Below are positions 21,277 through 32,158 of a stretch of 64,000 nt of DNA, piece by piece. The stretch spans positions 1,024,001 to 1,088,000 of the forward strand of contig CP000070.1 of the NCBI GenBank assembly GCA_000002445.1, in the 5' to 3' direction. The stretch is from Trypanosoma brucei. Its lineage: Eukaryota. The notes below the pieces were generated by a model. The model saw nothing but the letters and a program-made list of their open reading frames with translations. It did not search any database and was not told the origin of the DNA. Position 1 is the first letter of the stretch. The number at the start of each line of letters is the position of its first letter. Position numbers and translations under genes: made by a program.

Positions 21277-22999
21277 TATTTGTATATCATGTTTTGCTTT
21301 CAGATGTTTTGTTACTGTTGCTGCCACTTGTGAAAGCGCACATGTTGCCAAAATTCAGGCCTCCCCCCTTTTCCCCTCTTTTTTTTTCTCGTCTGTTTCG
21401 GTTTTTATGTCGTTTTTTTTTTTTAGTCTGTGTTATTTGTGCGTCTTCCTTTTTTTTCTTTTGAAGAAAAAATTTCTCTTCCGTTTTGTTTTTATTTTCA
21501 TTGCGTTGGCTGCAATTATCTTTTTTTTTTGTTTTTTTATTCCCGATATTGATTGTTTTTGTTATTGCCGCTGAGGCCGCCATATCCGCCAACGCACAAA
21601 CAAAAGGACAAAAGGAAGAAGAAGAAAAAGAAAAAAAGATAAACAATAAATAAATGAAGAATTAATTATATTTATATACACTAAATGTAATGATTATTGC
21701 GTACGAAGAAGTAAACGAGAAAATGCATGTTTTTTTTTTAAAGGAAAGAGGAAGAAGAAGAAAATGAAAATGAAAAGGGAAAGAGGAAGAGGAGGAGGAG
21801 GAGGAAGAGGAAGGAGAGGGATAAAAAAGAATTTAACATATGCAAGTGCACGGGAAAACGCACATAATTTGCTACAGTGTTTCACAACTATGCACGTTTT
21901 TTTTTCTTTTTTACACGTCGACTAATTTCCCTTTAAAATTCTTCTTCTTTTCAGAGTTTCTCAATTGCTTCTGCTTATGTTTGCCCACGAGTTATTTCGT
22001 ATGAACCCGTTGGTAATATTTCGATTTGTTATATTTATATTTCACTTTTACACCGCTGCAGTTTTTCATATCTTTGCGATTACTCCTTCTTTTCTTTTCT
22101 ATTTCCATTTCTGCTTTCGTTCTTTTCTTTTTCTCTTTTTTTTTAAAATGCTCTTAGTTAAAGCTACCTTCTACCATCTTTTTAGTGCGTGATTTACTCA
22201 TATAAATAATATATACATATCTGCTTAATCTCATTATTTGAAGGGAATAAAAGGGTCCCTCAGATGAGGAAGGGAATTTACAAGTAAAATAAGTTAAATT
22301 AAAAAAAATGAAGGGGAAATAAATTAAGGCATTATGACATTTAGGTGGTTGCAACACCGCCCCATAATTTAAAAAAAATTCATTGGTGCGATTGCTGGCC
22401 CTTTTGTTTTTCTTTTTGAGTTATTGCTGCTGCTGTTTTTGCTTGTTTAAATAATGCATGGACTCCCTGGTATATTCCTCCACATTGACCTTGGGAAGAA
22501 AATGTAATTACACTAATTATTGTGGTGATAATGCAGAGGCGGAATGAACGAATTACACGTGGTCACCCATTTTTAAAAAAAATCTCCCATCTCCTTTTTT
22601 TTTTGAAAAATGAGTTTTTACTCCTTTGATCGTCCTTTGTTCTCTCTTTGTTCTTCATTTATTTATTTATTTTTGTGTGCTCACATTGCTTCCCTAATGG
22701 AGGGGTTGGATTACAAGAAGAGGAAAGTCGTGAGAAGAAAGGTTTTAAATCTTAATTTAGTAAAGTGGCGATTGTTTATTTACGCTAGTGAGTATAGGCA
22801 CCGTTGCGCAAAGCGGCTTTCAAAGCAAAAATAGCAGCCGTGACAAGGAGGTGCGAGGAGGGAAAAAGAATATATATATATATATATATATATTTATTTA
22901 CAAAGAAAGGAAAGAAAAACTGGGGGAGGGGGTTTGCATACCCAACGACACACTGGATTCGTTGACGTTGGTTGTTGCGCTTCATAGGGTTCCACTTAA

Positions 23000-25714
23000 A
23001 TGACCATCACTGTGGATCTATTTGGTGAGGCGGATTGCAATGATGGCGAGGGGCACATGTGGTCCGCCGATGTTGCGAAATTCACTGAAGTGCCTGAAGT
23101 GCCGCGTGTGTTTGCCGATTCTCAGCATTACATTACTTACACCACAAAAAAGGGCAACTCTCTGAGGGTGGTAAAGCGCTTGAACCTTGCCAGAGGCACT
23201 GTGCGTGGCCACACAACACCAATTCATTCCGTTCGCTTTGTAAATTATCGAAGCAACGTCGCAGCGTCTGCCAGCAAGGGGGAGTTTTTCGTTTGGGTTG
23301 TGACAGACAGCGGGGAGGGAGGAACCGGGCGCCCTTCAGCTGATGCAGAGCTTACAATTAACATGTACTTTAGGCTCTCCGACCCCGTCACCATTTCGTG
23401 CTTTTCATTCTTTATTAATGCAGAAAATAAGCGGCCTGACGTATTGGTTCTGCACGACCAGCAGGCGAGCATCCTTGATTCCTCCGCCCTCATTGCGCTA
23501 TACCGTGACACCCCTCTCACTGCGACGCTTAAGCAGAACAGCACGGCTCTGCGGAAGTTGGCTAGTAATGTTACTGCAAATACTCTCTGCTCTGTGGGGT
23601 CAGGTGGCTGGTTTGCCTTCACTACGGATTCAAATATGGTCGCTGCTTGCACTTTGCAGAACCGCAACACACCACCATGGTCCTGCTGTGAGGGAGCTCC
23701 TGTTCACTCACTCCACCTGCTGGATACACCCCACGCTGAGAAGACAACTCTCGTTGCTTCCTGTTCGCGGGTAGTATATCAGTGGTCGCTGAGTGGGGCG
23801 TCAGAGCCGACATTGCTACGAAAGTTTGCTGTTGACGGTACCATCGTGTCGCTGGAGGGCTCGCGCGATTCATTTGCAGTGTTCAATGACAAACGGAAGT
23901 TAGCGGTGGTTCGGATCCAGTCTCCGAAGGAATTTACGTGCACACGGTATACTCTACCGTGGCAGGTGCGCCGGCGTGGGACTTGCTTCAACTGCGTAGG
24001 CGGAGAGTCTTATATAATGGCTGACAATGACGATCGTTTGACAGTCATGCAGCTTAAGGCCAATGCTTCCAGTGGCGCTGGCAAGCGGGAAAGTCCCTTG
24101 AACACACGTAGGAGTCCTGCTGGAGCAGCGAAGCCGGCAAGTAATGTGTTGGCCCCCACCACTGGCACAAAGATAAAGTCGAACTCGTCCACTCAACCGA
24201 CTGGTAGTATTATCGCTAACCTGGTTAATCGCCTTGGGATATGCAGTGTTGGAATGGCACCCCCAGCATCGTCTAACACATCCTCACCAGCAACCGCAAC
24301 GGCAACAGGAAGTGCACCCGATGTAACTTCTGCTTCAGCGAATGCTACGCAGCGTGGAGCTTTGCATGGTTACAGCAACCAACCCGTAACGGCGGGTCTT
24401 GGTAGCGGCAGTAGTGCGGGCGCATCCAAAGTATTCACACCGGCCTTGTCGAAATCGTTAGCGGCTTCTGCCGGCCGCGGTCACGGTAGTTCTTCCATCA
24501 GTCCCGCAAGCGCCCAGCTGTCGGCCGCTGTCAATGCCAATAACCTCACGCACTCTTCACGGCCAGCGCTTCACAACGCCTCTTTGCCACAGGCTCCAAC
24601 TGATGGCGTGCTCGCAACTGTTTTGCAGCAAACTGAAGATGAGGTGCACCAGGAATTGGAGCGACTTGATTCCGTCATGAAAAACACACTGCAAGTACTT
24701 CAGTTGACTCCCGACACCATCCACCGGGCACATGAACAGTTGTTAAGCTTAAGCCTTGAAGCGCAGATGACAGAGCTACAGCAACAGCAAGAACGGCAGA
24801 AAAATGCATCCTTGTCCAACTCTGCAGGGTTTACTCCCTTCGAGACTTGTGTGCTTTTATCTATTCTTGATCCACTTTCACAAAGCATCGCGAACGGATT
24901 AACCCGTGGTGTTGAGGATGCTATGATGGCCAATCTTGAACATGGAGTGCGGCACGCTTTGGTAAACCGTGCGCGGACTACACAGAAGAGTGCAATGAAG
25001 GCACGCCTTGATGAAGTACTGAAGGAGAGTTCCTCACAGTTTCTTGCGCAGGTAGAACAGACTGTGCGTAACGTTGTGGAAAATGAGCTTGCGGAAGTGT
25101 TTGGAGATATTAATGGTTTACTGACGGCGCTAGAGAATGATAACGTTCGACTTCAGCGGGAATTGGAGGCGATTATGGCCTCGGATGTTATCACCGAAAT
25201 GAAGAAAACTCGAGAAGAACTTGAGTCGTTGCGCGAGGCAGTGACGAACCAACAGTTGGCCATTGGAACGGGGTCACAGCTAGTGAGTCGTCCCTCTCCC
25301 GAGACCGTGTTATCAACAACAACTGAATTAATACAACAGCAACAATATCGCCAAGGATTGGAGTACATTATTATGGCGGAACAACCTCAACTGGTTCTTC
25401 AGCTCTTCGTTGCCCTGAAAAAGAAAACTGAGAATGTATATTCGGCACTGATTGAGGATCCCGCAACCCCTAATGACGTATGGCTTCGTGTTATTGTGCA
25501 AATTACCGGCGCGGCGACGTCTGAGAAGGATATTGATGCGGTTGTGGGTGTTCTCATCGACATCCTTTCGGAGAGGGAACAGCTGCTGCAAAAGACGGGC
25601 CCGACCGCAAAACTAACTGAAAGTTTGCATTCGTTCGTAACTGTGGGGAAATCTGGGAGAAAGTGCTCCGCGGGGCTGCGAAACTTCAAGAACTTGGAGA
25701 AGTTACTGCCATAG
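23000..25714 (+). CDS. hypothetical protein (904 aa): structured N-terminal region, Ser/Ala/Thr-rich linker, C-terminal coiled coil
   Basis: Long ORF immediately after the low-complexity tract. The N-terminal ~330 aa are non-repetitive (possibly beta-rich/propeller-like: GEFFVWVVTD, VASCSRVVYQWSL). Low-complexity residues 360-520. The heptad-like, E/Q/L-rich C-terminal ~350 aa (ELERLDSVMKNTLQVLQL..., REELESLREAVTNQQLA) indicate coiled coil. Confidence 0.55.
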   Translation: MTITVDLFGEADCNDGEGHMWSADVAKFTEVPEVPRVFADSQHYITYTTKKGNSLRVVKRLNLARGTVRGHTTPIHSVRFVNYRSNVAASASKGEFFVWVVTDSGEGGTGRPSADAELTINMYFRLSDPVTISCFSFFINAENKRPDVLVLHDQQASILDSSALIALYRDTPLTATLKQNSTALRKLASNVTANTLCSVGSGGWFAFTTDSNMVAACTLQNRNTPPWSCCEGAPVHSLHLLDTPHAEKTTLVASCSRVVYQWSLSGASEPTLLRKFAVDGTIVSLEGSRDSFAVFNDKRKLAVVRIQSPKEFTCTRYTLPWQVRRRGTCFNCVGGESYIMADNDDRLTVMQLKANASSGAGKRESPLNTRRSPAGAAKPASNVLAPTTGTKIKSNSSTQPTGSIIANLVNRLGICSVGMAPPASSNTSSPATATATGSAPDVTSASANATQRGALHGYSNQPVTAGLGSGSSAGASKVFTPALSKSLAASAGRGHGSSSISPASAQLSAAVNANNLTHSSRPALHNASLPQAPTDGVLATVLQQTEDEVHQELERLDSVMKNTLQVLQLTPDTIHRAHEQLLSLSLEAQMTELQQQQERQKNASLSNSAGFTPFETCVLLSILDPLSQSIANGLTRGVEDAMMANLEHGVRHALVNRARTTQKSAMKARLDEVLKESSSQFLAQVEQTVRNVVENELAEVFGDINGLLTALENDNVRLQRELEAIMASDVITEMKKTREELESLREAVTNQQLAIGTGSQLVSRPSPETVLSTTTELIQQQQYRQGLEYIIMAEQPQLVLQLFVALKKKTENVYSALIEDPATPNDVWLRVIVQITGAATSEKDIDAVVGVLIDILSEREQLLQKTGPTAKLTESLHSFVTVGKSGRKCSAGLRNFKNLEKLLP

Positions 25715-27208
25715 CGTCGGGTGCTGTTCACATGAAGGAGGGAAAAGAAGGATCAAAACAATATATCCGCGATAACAAATGTGTCTAAAAATGAAAACCA
25801 TAATAAGACAAAAAGAGGGAAATAAATAAACAAAAATAGGTAGTGGTGGTTTGGAAGGTGCAACATGTAGGTGTCGGTGGTTGTGACGATACCGGGATGT
25901 TTGGAAGAGATCAGTGTAATATTTAATCCATGATTGTCTGTTATCAATTTCCGGGATGACGCATAGGCGTGTGAGAGAGCGCATGTGGGCGTTGCTACCC
26001 CCAATATCCTGATTTGAGTGAGGGGACCACACACGATTTTGTTATCTTCATTTTTTTTAAAAACTTTTAATTGAGGGAAGGAAAGGGAGACAGGGAGAAG
26101 AAGCGACGGAAGACGTGGAAGGAAGAGGGGTCGAGCTGGAGGAAAGAAGCAAATGTGGATGTAGTCAACACGGCCGCCAAACACCGGATGTGGAGCCGTT
26201 CTGAGGAGGCCCCGTTTGTTGCGTTGGTGTGGCCTTCAGCTTCTTTTCGTTATTGAAGTGCATGAGGTTTATTATAATAGTTCTTGGGACCAACGAAGGG
26301 AGCGCCAAGAAGGTGGATAAAAGCAAAATAAGGAGGAGGAGGGGGGGGGGACCGGAAAAAGGAAAAAAAAATGAAAGAGGGAGCGCGTGAGGCAGTGGCG
26401 GTGGTGGGGAATTGAGAACTCTCAGGGTTGAAACTCCTCAATACTCTCCGCATTACTGTGCTTCTTTAAACGCGGAGAAGTATGGGCTGCGGTAGGCTAT
26501 CGATGCGTGCGTCCGCATGTACGTGAAACCTGTTCTTCGCTGTATCACTGGTACAGCGTTTTCATTGGAAGAACAAAGCTGTTGCTTTGCACACGTTTTG
26601 TTATTTGTTTTTGCCCTTCTTCGCCGTTGTAATTCCCTGCGTGGTGTCTGCAAAGATATTCTTACCTTCCAGTGCACATATATATATATATATATATGTT
26701 CAACTACCCTCATTTTCATTTCAAACTTTCGTCTAAGTAAAAATAAAAGGGGAACGGTAATATTTGGAGGTCGCACAGGAGGAGACGGCGGCTAGAGTAA
26801 GGTAGGGGGGCAAGAAAGTCCCACTGGGCGCGCAAATATCCGTTCAAGGAAAAAATAATAAGGCAAAGAAGAAGTAGGGAGAGGGGGTGCAAAAAAAAAA
26901 AAGACAGGCGGAGGCATTTAACGAAGTCAGCATACACACATTACAAACACACACGCGAATAAACGTACAAGCGAGCATAGACACAATCCCACAAAGCCCA
27001 ACAACTGTTGGTTGCAACCGCACTGCTGACACTTGAGGCGGGCGAGGGGATAGAGAAAATAACGTTGACCAGTGACTCTGGTTGGTTTTTACACTCACAC
27101 ACACATACACAACCACGATCCATAAATTATCCAATAGACTTATTTTTGCTCTTACCGTTGTTTTAGCAGTTTACGCACCCTGTGCTGCTCAGTTGCCCGT
27201 ATTTTTGA

Positions 27209-30200
27209 ATGCGACGTACTTTCAGTCGCTACGCACGGTTCGCGGTGTGTCAGCAGTCTACTGGTGCAGGGACCATAGAGGGCCCTCTCCGTTTGCGCTC
27301 GGCAGATCAGACAGTAGTGTGGTGTTGCGCCGCAGCTGGGCGGAGGTCCTGGTTTTGCCTGCTTCCCAACTCGGTACGCGCGGGGTTGCATGAGCCACGC
27401 CGGTTCGCGTCAACGAGGGCCACGAATTCGCGCAAACCAGCGAGGGTTGCGCGATCGGGCGCCTCTTCACGAGCGCCACGCAAGGGCCCCAGACATTCAC
27501 AGGGGTTGAAGTCATCGCAGGAAAGTGAGGGAGAGTTTATGGCTACTACTTCAGATGATGACTTTGGACCAATGGCAGAGGGAGCAGCGGAAGAGGAGAG
27601 TGCAGGAGATTGTGATGCTGGTGTTGGCAGTAGTTTGACAGGTGGGCGAGAGACAACCGAATCATCCAACGTAGCGGCGGCGCCAGAGGAAGAAGGGGAA
27701 GGAGTTGGCACTACCGAAGGTGTTGAGACGGAGGGAGGTAAGCCTGGTAGGAGTGAGGAGGATCCACTGAATCTCCGAGTAGCCACGCTTATGCAGCAAC
27801 CAGGAAAGGCGTTCCGTGTAATTGCCGTGTCATATTCAGCTAAGCGGGAGTTAAATTTTCCCATTACTTTTGAGGACATTGCCTCTGGTACAACTCTAAA
27901 CTGTCGGTTGGAGGACGTACACACAACTTACATGAATTGGGTTCGTCAGTTTTGTGCGTCATGGGTTATGCTCTTTGTCCCAACCCTCTCAGCAGCCAGC
28001 GCCGTCCTACTGGAGAATGCCGTAGTGTACAGTAGGGTGGAACGTACTGTCTCTAACTCTCACCGTGGCTCTCCTGCACCCAAACAGTGGGAGGAACCGG
28101 ATCATGTGCTGGTTTCGTACAGCAAAATGCGTGAGGTGCTATGCAAAGTAAAGCGGGATGAGCAGGTAGACAAGGAGCTTGTTAGTAACACTGTACTCAG
28201 TGCATTTGCGGAGGACTGGAAGAGCTTTATTCACTCAACAGCATCTTGCTCACCGGCATCAATTGTGACCGCATCGTTTGATTTCCGCCCCAACGGCGGG
28301 CATCTCCAGTTGAACAAGAAATTTTTGCACGCACAGTTGACAACAGCGGCGATGACACTGTTGAGGCATGTTGCACGTAAGGGATCGTCTGCCAGCGGCA
28401 CTCCATGTAGTTCTTCCACTAAGGAGGTTACATCTGGCGCGAACAACTCTGTAGCTGATGATATTCGCAGGAAGGAATCTTGGTTGTTAATTTTTGTTTC
28501 CGCACCTGCGGGGAGCGCAACGAGTTTTCTAGGGCCCAGAGCAGTCAACTTGGGCGTACCACCTATGCAAGATCTTCTTACTGGTGAGTTTGTGGATCCC
28601 CTTCTCCTTGGGGGGAGGAACGTCATTTACATTATCGGTTCCGGAACGGCGGCAGAAGCCTTTTCAAAAATACCATCTGTGCGTAAGGGCAAACGTCAGA
28701 TATCGATACTATTGAAGGATATAGAGAATCAACTGGGGCCGTTTCGGGCGAGTCGCCCGACGTTAACCACCACGCTTATACAGGCGTTAGATACGTTTTC
28801 GCGGCACACGTGGATTGGGTTAATGAAGGAGGAGGATGGCACAGTTCGAGTGCCCCGGGCTCCTCAGAGCTTTGTTCATCTGCACCGGCGAAGCGTTACG
28901 CGTGAGGTGTTGCCTAAGTTTCTTGAGTCGACGTTAGGACATATTTCTCACCACAACTCCGCCTATGGAGTCGCAGAGGTGGGAATGGGCGGTGCGGCTG
29001 GCGCTGCGGGTGCAAACGCGCTCCTGCAGCTGGGAAAGTTAAACCGCAAGGTAGATGAGCATATAAAGGCGATTTTCAACAATGCTGAACGACTCGAGAA
29101 GGAGAAGGCACTCCGCGAGAGTTTGCGTCGTAGCAACTGTTTCTTTGTAGATGTCAAGTCGGCGAACATCTCGGCGGCACGTCGAGCTGACAATCCCTTT
29201 TCTACACGAAATGGTATATTGGAGTTTCACGGCCAACTTTGGGCGACCCTTGGCATGGGGGAGACGGCACGAGCGGGAAAGACAACAGGTTGTCCACCAG
29301 TGAAGACGCTCACAGCGCAGCTCGCTCCCAATGGCGACGTGCAGGCTTTCGTTAGACCCGAGGAATGCATTCCGATGGAATTACCTACTGGCTCTAGTGA
29401 TACAAGCACCATAAGGCATAAGGGGATATCATTAGCTGCATCAGCATCTAGTGCCTCTAGTGGGATAATCATTGCATGGGACGTGAAGCGTGCGCTGCTT
29501 TTTCTTCGCGGCAGCAACAGACTTCGAGAATTTCTCCTTAACGGTGGTAGGATTTGGTGTGCACAGTACGCACAGTACCTACTTAAAGGGTTCAACAACC
29601 ACAACCTCACCACAATGGAGCGGACACTCCTTCAGTACCACACGGTGCAGACCAAGTTGCATCCTCTGGAGAAGCTGAAGATAATTTTTGAGAAACAACT
29701 TGATATTGCGGTGAATACTCGGCAGCTTATATCGATCGTGCATCGTATGGATGGTCTTCTTGCTTGTACTGAAATGGAGTTACGTGGGCTTCAGATAGCT
29801 CCACAAGAAGACATTACAGCCTTTGCCCGTAACCTGAAAAGGACCCGGGAGGAACTGGAGAAGGCAGTTAATGATAAAATCATGGTGTTCACGGAAGGAA
29901 TGGATAATGAAGTGAGACGTAAGATTAACGTTCGCTCTACGCAGGATATCAGCACAATCATCTACGGTGGCGCGTTGTGTCGGCATCTGGGTACGCGATA
30001 CGTGTCACCTCACATTCCCCGCATTCCTGTGACGGCAATCTTTCCACATGCAGTATGCCGCCTAACAACAACCCCTGTCCCTGAGCTGTACACAAACGCC
30101 GAGAACCTCCTTGGGGTCAAAGGAACAGGCAACAGCGGTAACAACAATAATGCTAACAAGATTGCTGAAGCAGCGACCATTACGGCCAACGCAGTGAATA

Positions 30201-32158
30201 CAACCCTTAAGATTATTGACAAGTATCTGAAGGACAATACATTGGATAATTTGCTCAACAATACGGCTATTGTGGTAGTGACATGTAAGGTACGGACCAG
30301 TAGCTTTCTGGAGGTGATCACCATCCATTGCCCTTCTAGTGATCCTAATGATGAACTGCGGCACACTGTTGCGATCGATGACGTCTTACCAGTAATGAGC
30401 TCACCCGAGCTGGTTACCATAACTCAACTCAAGGAGAAAATTGCCGCCTACAGGCCTTTACGAGCGCTCCAACCACTCAAGAAGTACGGCAGACGCAGTT
30501 ATGACCTTCGAAATCTCGTCATTCTCACTCATTGTTCCTTCGACAAGACGGCTGTGTTGGTAGACACGGGCATTATACAGACGATCGCCGAAACTGTTCT
30601 TGGTAAAGAAAATGAAGAACGGTCCCTCCTCGAACGTGTCTGTTTCTGTGACATCAATCGCGCCTTTCCACCTCCCCCAGAGGGAGGTGATTCGTTTGAG
30701 AATGATTTCTTAGGACTTGTGAATGGTGCTGAACAGGCCGGCGTGTCCTCCCGCAGCAACTGGGAGGCTTTCACGCGGAACTTTGCTGCGGTTGGAGGGT
30801 TTGAGGACACACGCAGGGCGTTGGTGCTGCATTGTGCCTCGTTAGTTGGTACGGCAAGAGACCCATTCCGTACGGCCCATCCCTTGCCCTTTGCGTTAGT
30901 GGGGTTTAATGGTCAACAGGCGCTTGGGTTACATGGGCAAGAGCGGGCCTCGACGCGTGGGATGCTGTGGATGGTTACTCCCGAACGGCTACACCCGTTG
31001 CTTCATCGCTCACTGCGTGGCCGCAGTGCGTCATCCGGCGCGGACGCCATTGAGCGGATCAATGTGTTGCTTTCGAATGAAAAACAGGTGGATCTCTCCT
31101 TTTTCAAGGCCCTTCAGCAATTGCGTTTCATGGAAAAGCAAATGCAGCTCTTCGAAGAAGGTGCTCTGTTTCGGGCAGTTTTACCGGAGTGCAAAAATCG
31201 TGTTCACGGTGAGTTCTGCCATGTCGTTACTGCGACGGGTCGACTTTCTTCACAGTCGCCTAACCTGCAGAACATTCCCAAGGAAGATTTGAGGTGCCTA
31301 ATCGTCTCTCGCTTCGGTCGGCGTGCTGGTCGTATGATTGAGGCGGACTATAGTCAGTTGGAAGTTGTGGTGCTCGCTGCTCTCAGTCGGGACGCCCGCA
31401 TGTTGCAGGAACTTAACGACAATGTGGATTTCCATTGCCTACGTGTTTCTCTCATGACAAAAGAGCCCTACGAGGATGTAATACACAAAGTGAAGCAGGT
31501 GAAGGATCCCCACTATATTCAGCTACGGCAGCAGGCGAAAACATTTTCGTTTCAACGTCAATATGGTGCAGGGACATCAACCATAGCCACAACGACGGGG
31601 CTTAGTGAGACGGAGGTTGTGCGGCTGATTGCCGCCGAGGAACAGCATTACAAGGACTTGGGACGCTACTATAGGCTTGTAACGGACTGTGTAGAGGCGG
31701 GTGCCGATCGCTTGTTGCAGTTGCGTACATTAGATGCAACATCTTGGCCCCCCACGATGCGTCGAATGGTGCTTTTGACTGAACCGATGCATTATTTTGT
31801 GGTACCAACGGGAAGCAAATTTGACTTCACGAAGGATAAGAAGGCTGTGCCACGACTGAAAAATTACCCCGTTCAGGGACTGGCTGGGGAAATTGTTCAA
31901 ATTATGTGTGGAAAGATTATTCGTCGCTTCTATGCAAAACGTAACTACAACGATAAGGCGTTTCTTGTTAATACCGTTCACGATTGCGTTTGGATTGATG
32001 CCCACGAATCCGTTGCAGACGAGGTAATGGACGACGTATCCGCCATAATGTCCTCCACCTCCGAAGTCATTAGTAGTTTATGGCCAGGCGTAAAGTTGGA
32101 TGTCCCATTCAAAGCAGAGATTCATATAGGACCATCACTAGGGGAGTTGTCCAGGTAG
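27209..32158 (+). CDS. POLIC: family A (Pol I-like) DNA polymerase, POLIC-like, with ~1000-aa N-terminal extension
   Basis: C-terminal polymerase domain carries all Pol A motifs. TATGRLSSQSPNLQNIPK is at nt ~31229-31280. Motif A EADYSQLEVVVLAALSRD is at ~31341-31390. Motif B (O-helix) RQQAKTFSFQRQYGAG has R, K, F and Y at Klenow-equivalent spacing. NYPVQGLAGEI and motif C VHDCVWID are at 31976-31999. The length of 1649 aa matches what I recall for T. brucei POLIC (unverified). The N-terminus MRRTFSRYARFAV looks like a mitochondrial presequence. Confidence 0.85.
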   Translation: MRRTFSRYARFAVCQQSTGAGTIEGPLRLRSADQTVVWCCAAAGRRSWFCLLPNSVRAGLHEPRRFASTRATNSRKPARVARSGASSRAPRKGPRHSQGLKSSQESEGEFMATTSDDDFGPMAEGAAEEESAGDCDAGVGSSLTGGRETTESSNVAAAPEEEGEGVGTTEGVETEGGKPGRSEEDPLNLRVATLMQQPGKAFRVIAVSYSAKRELNFPITFEDIASGTTLNCRLEDVHTTYMNWVRQFCASWVMLFVPTLSAASAVLLENAVVYSRVERTVSNSHRGSPAPKQWEEPDHVLVSYSKMREVLCKVKRDEQVDKELVSNTVLSAFAEDWKSFIHSTASCSPASIVTASFDFRPNGGHLQLNKKFLHAQLTTAAMTLLRHVARKGSSASGTPCSSSTKEVTSGANNSVADDIRRKESWLLIFVSAPAGSATSFLGPRAVNLGVPPMQDLLTGEFVDPLLLGGRNVIYIIGSGTAAEAFSKIPSVRKGKRQISILLKDIENQLGPFRASRPTLTTTLIQALDTFSRHTWIGLMKEEDGTVRVPRAPQSFVHLHRRSVTREVLPKFLESTLGHISHHNSAYGVAEVGMGGAAGAAGANALLQLGKLNRKVDEHIKAIFNNAERLEKEKALRESLRRSNCFFVDVKSANISAARRADNPFSTRNGILEFHGQLWATLGMGETARAGKTTGCPPVKTLTAQLAPNGDVQAFVRPEECIPMELPTGSSDTSTIRHKGISLAASASSASSGIIIAWDVKRALLFLRGSNRLREFLLNGGRIWCAQYAQYLLKGFNNHNLTTMERTLLQYHTVQTKLHPLEKLKIIFEKQLDIAVNTRQLISIVHRMDGLLACTEMELRGLQIAPQEDITAFARNLKRTREELEKAVNDKIMVFTEGMDNEVRRKINVRSTQDISTIIYGGALCRHLGTRYVSPHIPRIPVTAIFPHAVCRLTTTPVPELYTNAENLLGVKGTGNSGNNNNANKIAEAATITANAVNTTLKIIDKYLKDNTLDNLLNNTAIVVVTCKVRTSSFLEVITIHCPSSDPNDELRHTVAIDDVLPVMSSPELVTITQLKEKIAAYRPLRALQPLKKYGRRSYDLRNLVILTHCSFDKTAVLVDTGIIQTIAETVLGKENEERSLLERVCFCDINRAFPPPPEGGDSFENDFLGLVNGAEQAGVSSRSNWEAFTRNFAAVGGFEDTRRALVLHCASLVGTARDPFRTAHPLPFALVGFNGQQALGLHGQERASTRGMLWMVTPERLHPLLHRSLRGRSASSGADAIERINVLLSNEKQVDLSFFKALQQLRFMEKQMQLFEEGALFRAVLPECKNRVHGEFCHVVTATGRLSSQSPNLQNIPKEDLRCLIVSRFGRRAGRMIEADYSQLEVVVLAALSRDARMLQELNDNVDFHCLRVSLMTKEPYEDVIHKVKQVKDPHYIQLRQQAKTFSFQRQYGAGTSTIATTTGLSETEVVRLIAAEEQHYKDLGRYYRLVTDCVEAGADRLLQLRTLDATSWPPTMRRMVLLTEPMHYFVVPTGSKFDFTKDKKAVPRLKNYPVQGLAGEIVQIMCGKIIRRFYAKRNYNDKAFLVNTVHDCVWIDAHESVADEVMDDVSAIMSSTSEVISSLWPGVKLDVPFKAEIHIGPSLGELSR

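Larger units (their letters stand above)
16300..22990. repeat. ~6.7-kb gene-free AT-rich low-complexity tract (homopolymer A/T runs, (TA)n, (ATT)n, (GA)n, (TGCG/TG)n, (ATAAAT)6, (GAG)n)
   Basis: No ORF of more than 165 aa on either strand, and those present translate to low-complexity peptides. Dozens of A or T runs of 9 or more. Microsatellites at 17124-17140, 17304-17321, 17488-17512, 17979-18014, 19420-19470, 20349-20440, 21224-21276, 21770-21815 and 22871-22893. Confidence 0.8.

Noticed and set aside
16300-22990. Centromere or retroelement (ingi/RIME/SLACS) interpretation of the low-complexity tract
   Set aside because: No long tandem array with a fixed ~147-bp (or other) period and no reverse-transcriptase or endonuclease ORF remnants. 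Only short microsatellites and homopolymers.
26341-26351. G10-G12 homopolymer runs (also 37800-37811 and 42317-42330) as G-quadruplex candidates
   Set aside because: Single isolated G-runs without three further nearby G-tracts. Intramolecular G4 unlikely. Mentioned only within the 42-kb pyrimidine block finding.
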